From Bifidobacteriaceae bacterium (GTDB lineage Bacteria; Actinomycetota; Actinomycetes; Actinomycetales; WQXJ01), in assembly GCA_031278655.1 (NCBI GenBank), contig JAITJZ010000137.1:4310-68309 (forward strand): DNA of 64,000 nt, given 5' to 3'. The notes under the pieces were generated by a model. That model ran no database searches. It was not told the origin of the DNA and worked only from the letters and a program-made list of their open reading frames with translations. Each line of letters starts with the position of its first letter. The stretch's first letter is position 1. Shown here one piece after another: positions 26,169 through 34,665 of the stretch. Position numbers and translations under genes: made by a program.

Positions 26169-27683
26169 CTAGTCATAGAAACTGGGCTCGACGGGTCGAA
26201 CGCGACCCCAATGCCACCACGGCACCGAGTGGTCGAGTTGGTCGGACCAGCCGAAGAAGCGTTTCGAGTAGGGGTAGTAAGTGCCGTACCAAAACAACGG
26301 CACCCATTCGACATCGTGCGCCCAGACGTCTTGGAGCCGGCGATAGATCTCCCCGCGCTCGGCCTTCGACAAGGTGGTGCGGCCGGCCTGGTAGAGCTGG
26401 TCGACAACGCGATTGCGGTGGCGGCCAAGGTTGGCGGGGCCGCCGCCACTGGTGTACTTGTTAGCGGTGACCTCCGGGTCCGGCGACATCCCGCCGCCGA
26501 CGATGAACAGGTCGAAGTCCGCGTCGGCCCCGCCGATGACGCTCTTCCATTCGACCGAACTCAGCCCGACCGCTTGAGCGGCGATGCCGACCCGCGCCAA
26601 GGCGGCGCAGACCTCTCGGGCCAAGACCCGATGTGAGTAGAACATTTGCATGAAGAACACAGTTGTGGTCATGCGTGTGCCGTCGGGGCTGCGGGCGAGT
26701 CCAGCTTCGTCGAGCAGCCGGTTCGCCAAGACCGGATCGTGCCCGGGCGCCTTCGCCTCGGCGTTGAAGGCCCACGGCACCGACTTGATCCAGTAATGGT
26801 CCCAAGGCTCGGCCACCCCCGGGTCGGCCAACGGCCCGAACTTCGAGCGGTCCACCGCCGCCGCCACGGCCCGGCGCACCCGCTGGTCGTCCCAGGGCGC
26901 CTTGGCGTGGTTGAAGTCGAGCAGGGCCATCCCCGGGCCGGGCTTGCGGTCCAATCTGACCACCGCCTCAGAGCCCCGGACCAGGTCCAACCGGTCGTAA
27001 GTGAGCGTGTCCTGCGGCACGCAGTCGGCTTCGCCGCGGCAGACCATGGCGACGCATTCGTCGCGGTCGGGCACAACCCTGATGGTGATCCTGTCAATCT
27101 CCGGGCGCGCGCCCCAATGGTCCTTGACGGCCTCCAGCTCGATGCGCTCGCCCGGCGCCCACTCCACGAACCGGAACGGCCCCGACCCGATCGGTTTCAG
27201 ATTGTGCGGGTTGGTCGCCCAATCGGTGCCCTCGTAAAGATGCGCCGGCAGGACATGGGTGAAGATGAAGTTCCCGAGCTGCGTCAGGAAACCGGCGTTG
27301 GGCTCGCTCAGCCAGTAGTCGACGGTGTGGCGATTGACCTCGGCCACCCGCGCCACAGAACTGAGAAAACGGCCCGCCTCGTAGCCCTTGGCTATCGCCT
27401 CGCCATGAGTGTAGGCGACGTCGTGGCTGGTGACTGGCGTGCCGTCATGCCACCGCGCGGCCTGGTTGAGATGGAAGCGGTATCTGGCGGCCCCGTCAAG
27501 GATCTCCCAATGTGTGGCCAGGTCAGGGAACGCCACCGGGTTGTACCATTCGTTGAGCACCACCCGGTTGTAGATGTTGTTGCACACCAGATAGCCGGCC
27601 GAGCCGGTGTAGTTGCGGTAACAGTCGTTGAACTCGACCGCGTCGATTGGTGTGGCGACGACGAAATGCCGTGAATCGCGCAC
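26169..27683 (-). CDS. Family-5 (OppA/DppA/NikA-type) solute-binding-protein homolog WITHOUT signal peptide, paralog 2
   Basis: Aligns along its length with the neighbouring paralog (EFNDCYRNYTGSAGY..NIYNRVVLNEW..PDLATHWE..ARWHDGTPVTSHDV..PIGSGPFRF..). The best start is the GTG at 27683, 10 nt after the upstream stop. The in-frame upstream extension of the track ORF (to 28043) overlaps the previous gene and is Arg/Ser/Pro-rich, not a signal peptide. Confidence 0.8.
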   Translation of the reverse strand: MRDSRHFVVATPIDAVEFNDCYRNYTGSAGYLVCNNIYNRVVLNEWYNPVAFPDLATHWEILDGAARYRFHLNQAARWHDGTPVTSHDVAYTHGEAIAKGYEAGRFLSSVARVAEVNRHTVDYWLSEPNAGFLTQLGNFIFTHVLPAHLYEGTDWATNPHNLKPIGSGPFRFVEWAPGERIELEAVKDHWGARPEIDRITIRVVPDRDECVAMVCRGEADCVPQDTLTYDRLDLVRGSEAVVRLDRKPGPGMALLDFNHAKAPWDDQRVRRAVAAAVDRSKFGPLADPGVAEPWDHYWIKSVPWAFNAEAKAPGHDPVLANRLLDEAGLARSPDGTRMTTTVFFMQMFYSHRVLAREVCAALARVGIAAQAVGLSSVEWKSVIGGADADFDLFIVGGGMSPDPEVTANKYTSGGGPANLGRHRNRVVDQLYQAGRTTLSKAERGEIYRRLQDVWAHDVEWVPLFWYGTYYPYSKRFFGWSDQLDHSVPWWHWGRVRPVEPSFYD

Positions 27684-27693
27684 GCGCGGCCCC

Positions 27694-29190
27694 TCACGCC
27701 TCGACCGGCCGGATGCGGCCCCAATGCCAGAACGGCACCGAGTACTGCAACTGGTCGGCCCAGCCGAAGAACCGCGGGCTGCGCGCGAAGTAGTGGCCGT
27801 ACCAATAGCACGGCACGAAGGCGACATCGTCAGCCCACAACCGTTGCAGGCGTCTGAACAACTCACCGCGCCTGGCCTGGTCGACCGTGACCTGGGCGGC
27901 CTCGAAGACGGCGTCAACCTCCGGATTGGAGTAGCCGGTCCAGTTGCCGACGCTGGTCGACGCGTAGCGAGCCGCCAGCACACCCGGGTCGGGCGCCATG
28001 CCGCCGCCGGACACCACGAAGTCGAAGCGCCCGGCGCCGTCAACGACGGCCTTCCACTCCGGCGACCGCAACGCCACCACTTCAGCCTCGATGCCGACGG
28101 CGCGCAGCTGGCGGGCCAAAGGACCGGCGATGTCGCCGTGCCAGCCGAAAGTGTGCATGTAATAGAGCTTCATCCGGTGGCGAACGCCGTCCGCGCCCCG
28201 GGGCAGTCCCGCCTCGTCCAGCAGCCGCTCGGCGGCGGCCACGTCCAGGCCGGGGGCGCTCACAGACTCATCGAAGGCCCAGGCCACGTTGGGGATGAGG
28301 TAGTGGTCCCAGGACCGCGACACGCCTTCGTCGAACAGTTTCGCGTCGAAAGCCCGCCGATCCATGACCTGAGCGATGGCCTGGCGCGCCACCAACTGGC
28401 CCCAAACAGGATGCCGGTGGTTGAACTCGATCCGAGCCATGCCGGCGCCGCGCTGCGCCGTCACGCGGAACTTGGCCGGGTCGAAGCCGTCCAGCAGATG
28501 CAATCGGTCGAAGGTGAGCACATCTTGCACCATGTAGTCGGCGTCGCCGCGGGCGACCATGCGCACGCCCTCGTCGAGGTCTTCCACGACTATGAGTTCG
28601 ACGCGGTCCACCAACGGGCCGGGGCCCCAGTGGCCTTTGACCGCCTCCATGACGACGTTGCCCCCCGGTGTCCACTCGGCCACCCGGAAAGGCCCGGAGC
28701 CGACCGGGTCTTGGTTGTGCGGATTGGTCGCCCAATCGGTGCCCTCATAAAGATGGGCGGGCAGGACGTGCGCGGTGATGAAATTGCCGAGCTTGGTCAA
28801 GAAGGCGGCGTCGGGACGTCTCAGCACGTAGTCGACAGTGTGCTGGTCGACCTCGACGATCTCTTCGACATCGGCGAAGGACGCCGCCGCCTGGTAGCCC
28901 TTCGCCACCTGCTCGCTGTGCGTGAAGGCGACGTCGTGCGCCGTCACCGGGACGCCATCGTGCCACCTGGCGGCGTGGTTGAGGTAACACCGGTAGACGC
29001 GGGCGGCGTCTATGACTTCCCAATGGGTGGCCAGGTCGGGGTAGACAACCGGGGAATCCCATTCGTGCAGGACCACGCGGTTGTAGATGTTGGCCGAAAC
29101 GATGTATCCGGCCGAGCCGGTGACATTGCGATAGGCGTCGTTGAATTCAGTGGTGCCTTGGTCGGTCACCACTCGAAAGGTGCTGGTCAC
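27694..29190 (-). CDS. Family-5 solute-binding-protein homolog WITHOUT signal peptide, paralog 1
   Basis: Begins (V)TSTFRVVTDQGTTEFNDAYRNVTGSAGY, entering the conserved SBP_bac_5-type core at once. GTG at 29190 follows AGGAGAG. Only 78 nt separate it from the upstream stop, so there is no room for a leader peptide. Confidence 0.85.
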   Translation of the reverse strand: MTSTFRVVTDQGTTEFNDAYRNVTGSAGYIVSANIYNRVVLHEWDSPVVYPDLATHWEVIDAARVYRCYLNHAARWHDGVPVTAHDVAFTHSEQVAKGYQAAASFADVEEIVEVDQHTVDYVLRRPDAAFLTKLGNFITAHVLPAHLYEGTDWATNPHNQDPVGSGPFRVAEWTPGGNVVMEAVKGHWGPGPLVDRVELIVVEDLDEGVRMVARGDADYMVQDVLTFDRLHLLDGFDPAKFRVTAQRGAGMARIEFNHRHPVWGQLVARQAIAQVMDRRAFDAKLFDEGVSRSWDHYLIPNVAWAFDESVSAPGLDVAAAERLLDEAGLPRGADGVRHRMKLYYMHTFGWHGDIAGPLARQLRAVGIEAEVVALRSPEWKAVVDGAGRFDFVVSGGGMAPDPGVLAARYASTSVGNWTGYSNPEVDAVFEAAQVTVDQARRGELFRRLQRLWADDVAFVPCYWYGHYFARSPRFFGWADQLQYSVPFWHWGRIRPVEA

Positions 29191-29222
29191 AGAGTGTCTC
29201 TCCTATTGGTGCGCCCCAGAGC

Positions 29223-29253
29223 GCCGCCGCGACCCACGAGGGGCCGCGGCGGC
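29223..29253 (-). terminator. Intercistronic GC hairpin (possible partial terminator or mRNA-stabilising element) after the lipoprotein SBP gene
   Basis: GCCGCCGCG-N13-CGCGGCGGC is a perfect 9-bp stem, 15 nt after the SBP stop at 29268. There is no clear U-tract. Confidence 0.35.
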
Positions 29254-29267
29254 GGCAACAGGGATTG

Positions 29268-30986
29268 TCATCTGAGGTAGCCCCAGTTGTTGATGTTCCA
29301 CGTCAAGCCGTACTTGCTCATCGACGGTTGCAGGCCGGCGAAGTCCTGCGAATGGATGAGCACGTTGCCGATCGAGTAGAGCGGCAAGGCGATCGCCTCG
29401 CTCAGCAGCATATTGTCCATCTCTTGAAGGATCCGGATCTGCTCGGCCGGGTCCAGGGCCACGTTGCCCTCCGCCACTAGCGCGTCGAACGCCGCGGACG
29501 AGTAGCCGGAGCCGTTACGGGCCTTGCCGGTGCCGTACCACTGGTCGAGAGCCTGCACGCCCAGGTCAGAAGCGGTCGCAGTGATCAGGATGTCAAACTT
29601 GCCGGCAAAGCCGTCGGTGCCGTAGCGGGTGTTGTCGGCCGCGTCGATCGTCGTCTCAATGCCAATGGCCTTGAGCTGGCTGTTGAGGATTTCAGCCATC
29701 TGCATGCGCTCAGTGTCGGCCGAGTAGGTCAGGATCGTCAACGGGCGCAGCGCCTCGCCGCTGGGCAGGTGCAGCTTCTCGTCCGTGATGGTGTAGCCCG
29801 CGTCGGCCAGAGACTTCTTGGCGCCCTCGACATCGCCCTGGCCCACGTTCAACGCCTTGGCGGCGTCGACGTACGGGTCGCCATCGTAACCGCTGTAAGC
29901 CTGGCCGGGGGCGAACGCCAGCGAGCCGAGCACCGGCGCCTCCGGGTCGTACTGCCTTGGGATCCGGGTGACGAAGTCAGAGGCGTCGATCGCCTGCGCC
30001 ACGGCCTTGCGCAGCGCCGCGTCAGCGAGCCCGTCGCCAACCGCCTTGAAGATGAGATGGTAATAGGTCAGGCTGCTGGCGATCTCGACCGAAGACCCCT
30101 CGATGGCGTTGGCCTTCTCGACCGTCTCCAGCGACGGATTCTGGTAGACGATGGTGACCTCGCCGTTCTGGTAGGCCGTGATGACCTCGCTCGGCGACGT
30201 GATGTAGCGGTAGTGGATAGTGTCGAGATGCGCCGGGCTGCCGTACCATTTCTCGTTCTTGACCATGGTCAGAGAGACATCGGCCTCGAACTCCGAGATG
30301 ACGTAGGGGCCGCCGGAGACCACCGGCTGATTGTTGACGAACCCATCATTGAAGGAGGTCGCCAGGTCGCCGTAGTCGCTGGCGACATGCGACGGCAGGA
30401 GGGTGATGAACAGCGTCTTCCACATTGAGAATGGCGTGTCGAAGACCGCCGTGACGGTGAGCTTGTCATCCGAGGCGGTCAATGTCATCGAGTCGTAACC
30501 GGCCGTCCAGGCGGCGGTGCAATCCGCGCATTGGCGCGGGTCCTGAACCGACCAGGTGTAAAAGAAGTCGTCGGCGTCGATCGCCTCGCCGTCTGACCAG
30601 ACCGCGCCGGATTTGATCTTGTAGACCACTGTCATCGGGTCCTCGCTGGTGACCTCTGCGGATTCCATCAAGTCCGTGTTGAGTTGGAGGGCCCCGGCGT
30701 AGTCGCCGTAGAAGACATGGGGGTAGAACGGCCACTGCGCCTGCCGGTTGCCGGTGGTGTCGCCTTGCGCCGTCAACGGGTTCCAACTCTTCGGGGTGGA
30801 GATGAACCCGGCGAAGACGGCCTCGCCGCCGTCCTTGACTCCCGTCGACTCGTCGCCCGAAGACGTCGGAGCGCCGGTTTGGTCGCCGGAGTCTTCATCG
30901 AGGGGTGCGCAGGCGATCATGGCCACCGATAACGACAGGGCCAACGCTCCGACCGCCAAGGTCTTGCCACTGAAATAACGCTTCAT
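29268..30986 (-). CDS. Family-5 peptide/oligosaccharide ABC transporter substrate-binding lipoprotein
   Basis: MKRYFSGKTLAVGALALSLSVAMIACAPLDEDSG is a signal peptide plus lipobox Cys. The SBP_bac_5-like body is about 570 aa. I prefer the ATG at 30986. The track start is the TTG at 31004. Confidence 0.9.
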   Translation of the reverse strand: MKRYFSGKTLAVGALALSLSVAMIACAPLDEDSGDQTGAPTSSGDESTGVKDGGEAVFAGFISTPKSWNPLTAQGDTTGNRQAQWPFYPHVFYGDYAGALQLNTDLMESAEVTSEDPMTVVYKIKSGAVWSDGEAIDADDFFYTWSVQDPRQCADCTAAWTAGYDSMTLTASDDKLTVTAVFDTPFSMWKTLFITLLPSHVASDYGDLATSFNDGFVNNQPVVSGGPYVISEFEADVSLTMVKNEKWYGSPAHLDTIHYRYITSPSEVITAYQNGEVTIVYQNPSLETVEKANAIEGSSVEIASSLTYYHLIFKAVGDGLADAALRKAVAQAIDASDFVTRIPRQYDPEAPVLGSLAFAPGQAYSGYDGDPYVDAAKALNVGQGDVEGAKKSLADAGYTITDEKLHLPSGEALRPLTILTYSADTERMQMAEILNSQLKAIGIETTIDAADNTRYGTDGFAGKFDILITATASDLGVQALDQWYGTGKARNGSGYSSAAFDALVAEGNVALDPAEQIRILQEMDNMLLSEAIALPLYSIGNVLIHSQDFAGLQPSMSKYGLTWNINNWGYLR

Positions 30987-31122
30987 CACATTCTTTCTGC
31001 TCAAGGGGTTACGAGGTTGCTAGGTGCCAAATCACGAAGGGCTGCTTTGCCGCATCGGTCGGCCCCAGTCCGTTGTGCCAGCGCAAGCCGGACACAAGCC
31101 ATTGTGGCGTGGAGCCTTGGTC

Positions 31123-31152
31123 AGTATTCTGCACGGCCCGCGGGCCTGTCAA
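31123..31152 (-). promoter_or_regulatory. Candidate sigma-70-type promoter for the Opp-like operon (TTGACA-N18-AATACT) with palindrome GGCCCGCGGGCC in the spacer
   Basis: Minus strand reads TTGACAGGCCCGCGGGCCGTGCAGAATACT, about 135 nt upstream of the SBP start. Confidence 0.3.
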
Positions 31153-31268
31153 ACGCCCGGGGGCGGGCGGCATCGTCCCCGGACGCGCTCTGCGCCGCTC
31201 AGCGGATCAGTCGGCGCTGGTGGCGCGAGCTGGCCTGCTGGCTGGCGGCTGGCGGACGTCGCCGGGCT

Positions 31269-32075
31269 TCACACGTGAGCGTTGAGCCAGGCCAGCGTGT
31301 CGCCGATGACCTCGTCCTTGCGGATCTCGTTGAAGATCTCGTGCATCAGCCCGGCGTAGACGCGCAGCGACTTGTCCTCCGAGCCGATCTCGCCGAAGAA
31401 CTCGCGCGAGTCGAGGTTCGAGACCAGCGCGTCCAGGCCGCCGTGGAGGATCAGCGTGGGCGCGACGAACGCCGCCGCGTTCGCCTTCAGGTACTCCAGG
31501 CCGCCCGCGAACGAGTTGCACAGGCCGAGCGAGATCTGCTTCTCCACGTACGGGTCGTTGACGTAGGCCTCGATCACGGCCGGGTCGGAGCACACCCCGG
31601 CGCCCAACTCATTCGGGACGTACGTGTGCGGGTCGCCGGGCAGCGGGATGGGGCCCATGACTTGGTTGTTGTACCTGGTCAGCGCCCCGGAAAAGACAAT
31701 TCCCGCAGCCTTGTCCGGGTACTTGGTTCCGAACAGCGCCGACGCGTAGCCACCCATCGAGTGCCCGATCAGGTAAACCGGCAACCCGGGCAGCTCGCCC
31801 GTGGCCACCTCGAAGGCGGCGTTGACGTCATCCACGATCTCGGTGAAGTCCGAGTAGTAGACCCGCTCGCCCTTGGACCGTCCGTGGCCCCGATGGTCGA
31901 ACCGGAACACCGCGTAGGCCTGCGCCGCCAGCCGCGCCGCCAGGTAGTCGTAACGGCCCTGATGCTCGGCCAACCCGTGGACTATGACGGTCAGCGCTTT
32001 GGGGTTGGTGGGGACCTCCAGTTTGGCGTACAGCTCAGTGCCGTCGAAGGAGGGGAAAGTGAGTTCTCTGGACAT
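31269..32075 (-). CDS. Alpha/beta hydrolase (lysophospholipase/monoacylglycerol-lipase-like)
   Basis: HGLAEHQGRYDYLA, the nucleophile elbow GHSMGG, and a C-terminal LMHEIFNE (His region). Confidence 0.8.
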   Translation of the reverse strand: MSRELTFPSFDGTELYAKLEVPTNPKALTVIVHGLAEHQGRYDYLAARLAAQAYAVFRFDHRGHGRSKGERVYYSDFTEIVDDVNAAFEVATGELPGLPVYLIGHSMGGYASALFGTKYPDKAAGIVFSGALTRYNNQVMGPIPLPGDPHTYVPNELGAGVCSDPAVIEAYVNDPYVEKQISLGLCNSFAGGLEYLKANAAAFVAPTLILHGGLDALVSNLDSREFFGEIGSEDKSLRVYAGLMHEIFNEIRKDEVIGDTLAWLNAHV

Positions 32076-32139
32076 CCTTGTCTCTCTCTCGGTGTTGGGG
32101 CGCCGCCCACGCGCCGGGGCGCCGGATCGTGGGGCCAGG

Positions 32140-33552
32140 CTACTCCTCTTCCTCGAGCGCCAACTCGGCCAGGTCGAAGTCGACCTCCTCGATGAGCGCG
32201 TCGGCCGCCAGGTCCTCGTCCGTCAGGGCGTCGCCGTCCAAGTCCGCCAAGTCGTCGCCCAAATCGGCCCGGGCGGGCGCGGTCAGGCGCGCGGCCACGT
32301 CCACGACCTGACCGTCCGGGTCCTCGACGGTGATTGTCTTGAGCGCCTCGACGGCCGCCTTGTTGCGCAGCAACTCGGCCTGGAAGTGGACCAGTTCGCC
32401 GGAGGCGATGGCGGTCTGGAGGAACTGAGTCGGGTCGATCCCGTAGCGCAGGGCCATCGGCAGCACGAAGTCGACCAGCTCGCGCTGGTCGGCCGTCACC
32501 TTGAACCGCTGCACCAGGGCGTCCAGCAGCAACTCGGTGCGGATGGCCTTGGTCGAGTCGGCCTTGTACTCGGCCAAGGCGTCCTCGTCGTCTTTGGACT
32601 TGCCGTCGCGCTCAAGGCGCGTCTCGGCGTCCTGTTGGACCACGCCCGGCGGGGCCGGGAAGTCAAGGGTGTCCAAGAGCTGATCGATCAGCTTCTCCTG
32701 CGCCTGAATCACCTGGGCGCGCTCGGCCAGCTTGTCGCCCTGGCGGGCGAGGTCCTCCCGCAGCTCCTCGATGGTGTCGAACTCGCTGGCCAGCTCCGCG
32801 AAGTCGTCGTCCGCGGGCGGCAGCTCCGACTCCTTGACGGCCTCCAATTTGACCGTCACCAAGGCGTCCTCGCCGGCGCGCGCGCCGCCCGCCAGGGGCG
32901 AGGTGAAGGTGGTGACCTCACCGGCCGAGAGCCCGTCCAGGGCCTCGTCCAGGCCATCCAACATGTTGGCGGCGCCGACCCGGTAGGAGATCCCTGCGAC
33001 GGAGTCGACCTCCTCGCCGTCGATCTCGGCCCTCAGGTCAATGGTCACGAAGTCGCCGTCCCGGGCGGGCCGGTCGACGGTCTTGAGCGAGGCGAAGCGC
33101 TCGCGCAGGTTGTCAAGCGCCTGGTCAACCTCCTCGGCGGTGGCCGTGGCCGGGCCGACCTGGACCTTGACGGCCGCCAAATCCGGCAGCACAACCTCGG
33201 GCCGGATCTCAAAGGTGGCCGTGAACTCGAGGTCCGGCTCGGGGGCGGCCGGGTCGGGCCGCTTGGAGATGTCGACCTCGGCCCGAGCCATGGGCCTGAG
33301 CTGGTGCTCTTTGAGGACATCGCCGAACCAGTCGTTCATGGAGTCGCTGATGGCCTGCTCGATCACGGCGCCGCGCCCGACCCGCTGGTCGATGATCCGC
33401 TGCGGCACCCGGCCGGGCCGGAACCCCGGCACCGAAATCTGCCCGGCGATCTCCTTGTAGGCCCGGTCCATCGCCGGTTTCAGCTCGCCCGGCTCGACTT
33501 CGACGGTCACCTTGACCTTGGTCGGCTCAAGGACTTCGACGGCGCTTTTCAC
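32140..33552 (-). CDS. tig: Trigger factor
   Basis: (V)KSAVEVLEPTKVKVTVEV...ISVPGFRPGRVPQRIIDQRVG is the trigger-factor N-domain signature GFRxGxxP. An FKBP-like middle and an acidic C-terminal tail follow. Confidence 0.95.
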   Translation of the reverse strand: MKSAVEVLEPTKVKVTVEVEPGELKPAMDRAYKEIAGQISVPGFRPGRVPQRIIDQRVGRGAVIEQAISDSMNDWFGDVLKEHQLRPMARAEVDISKRPDPAAPEPDLEFTATFEIRPEVVLPDLAAVKVQVGPATATAEEVDQALDNLRERFASLKTVDRPARDGDFVTIDLRAEIDGEEVDSVAGISYRVGAANMLDGLDEALDGLSAGEVTTFTSPLAGGARAGEDALVTVKLEAVKESELPPADDDFAELASEFDTIEELREDLARQGDKLAERAQVIQAQEKLIDQLLDTLDFPAPPGVVQQDAETRLERDGKSKDDEDALAEYKADSTKAIRTELLLDALVQRFKVTADQRELVDFVLPMALRYGIDPTQFLQTAIASGELVHFQAELLRNKAAVEALKTITVEDPDGQVVDVAARLTAPARADLGDDLADLDGDALTDEDLAADALIEEVDFDLAELALEEEE

Positions 33553-33791
33553 TTCACTTATCTCCTGGAACGGCTGCTGGATCGGCTGATCGGCCCGCCC
33601 GGGGCAGCCCCGGTGGGCGCGTAAAGCCCGCTTAGTCTATCCGCCCAGCCGCGGGCCGGGACGCAACCGCCGGGCGGTCCGGAACGTGGGGGCGCCTCGG
33701 ACCGCCGCCGGACGGGCTGGCGGCCGCGGCCGCTTGGGCCAACGTCCCGCCGCGGCCAGCTATTCCAGCGCCCGATGCCGTCTGGCCCGGT

Positions 33792-34427
33792 TCAGCGTCT
33801 TCCGCGGGGTTTGCCGTCGTGGTTGGGCATCAGGAGTTGGCGCTTCTCGGCCACGAAGTCCATGGCCGCGAAAAGCGCCCCGGAGACCACAAAGGTCAGG
33901 TGCAGCACCACGCGCCAGAGGTGGTAGGTCGGGTCGACGTCATGGGTCTCGGCCAAGGAGATGAAGTCCTGGAGCAGTTCGACCAGGGAGATGGCGACGA
34001 CCGAGCCGACGATCTTGATCTTGAGGCCGGAGAAGTCCAGCGTCCCCATCCATTCGGGCCGGTCTTCATGGGCCTCGGCCGGGTTGATCTTGGAGACGAA
34101 GTTCTCATAGCCGGAGAAGATGACGATCAGCAGCAGGTTGCCGAGCAGCGCCAAGTCGATCAGACCCAGGATGCTGGCCGCCAGCTCATCGACGGTCATG
34201 GTCGGGAATTCGGGTATGTCATGCGCCAGGTGGTAGACGAAGTTGACCATGACCGCCACCAGCCCGACCGCCAACCCTAGGAACACCGGCGCCAGCACCC
34301 AGCGGCTGGCGAAGATGATGCTCTCGGTGGAGTCCTCGAGGAAGCCCCGGAACTTTCGCAGCCAGCCGCGAGCCTCGTCCTCGGCGGCGGGGTTCAGGTC
34401 AGGTGGGCTGTCGGTCTGCGCTGCCAT
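33792..34427 (-). CDS. YqhA/UPF0114-family membrane protein
   Basis: SRWVLAPVFLGL, LIDLALLGNLLLIVIFSGYENFVSK and LKIKIVGSVVAIS match the YqhA-type pattern as I recall it. Start trimmed to the ATG at 34427, after GAGGAGGAAA. Confidence 0.65.
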   Translation of the reverse strand: MAAQTDSPPDLNPAAEDEARGWLRKFRGFLEDSTESIIFASRWVLAPVFLGLAVGLVAVMVNFVYHLAHDIPEFPTMTVDELAASILGLIDLALLGNLLLIVIFSGYENFVSKINPAEAHEDRPEWMGTLDFSGLKIKIVGSVVAISLVELLQDFISLAETHDVDPTYHLWRVVLHLTFVVSGALFAAMDFVAEKRQLLMPNHDGKPRGRR

Positions 34428-34665
34428 TGATTTCCTCCTCGGGGTGGGGAGCGCCGGCGGGCGGCGCGCGAACACAATGGTCAATATCAACCCATGCCGG
34501 CGCCCTCCGCGTCAATGGGCAAATCACCATTCGGCCACCTCGCCAATCGGTCGGCTAGACTGAGTGCCTGCGCTGGCCGGGCGCCGCCTGGCCAGGCGCG
34601 CGACCGGTGCTGTCGACCGGCCGAGCTGAGACTGCCCAGCAGGGGAAGGAAACTGAGTCGCAACG

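Noticed and set aside
27628-29280. 550-aa plus-strand ORF antisense to the leaderless SBP paralogs, and similar antisense ORFs at 26646..27674, 34555..36294, 55649..57061 and 57287..58234
   Set aside because: Low-complexity Arg/Gly/Pro/His-rich translations overlap strongly supported genes on the other strand. No RBS or start context supports them.
2091-32139. Mobile genetic element or genomic island call for the 30-kb block between clpP1 and tig
   Set aside because: No integrase, transposase, recombinase, tRNA target or flanking direct repeats were seen, and I cannot compute composition reliably by eye. It is reported only as a synteny anomaly.
34428-34665. Mn2+ (yybP-ykoY) or other metal riboswitch in front of the P-type ATPase
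   Set aside because: I could not find the conserved yybP-ykoY core sequences or a four-way junction arrangement. Only generic GC hairpins are visible, so it is kept as a low-interest finding rather than a feature call.
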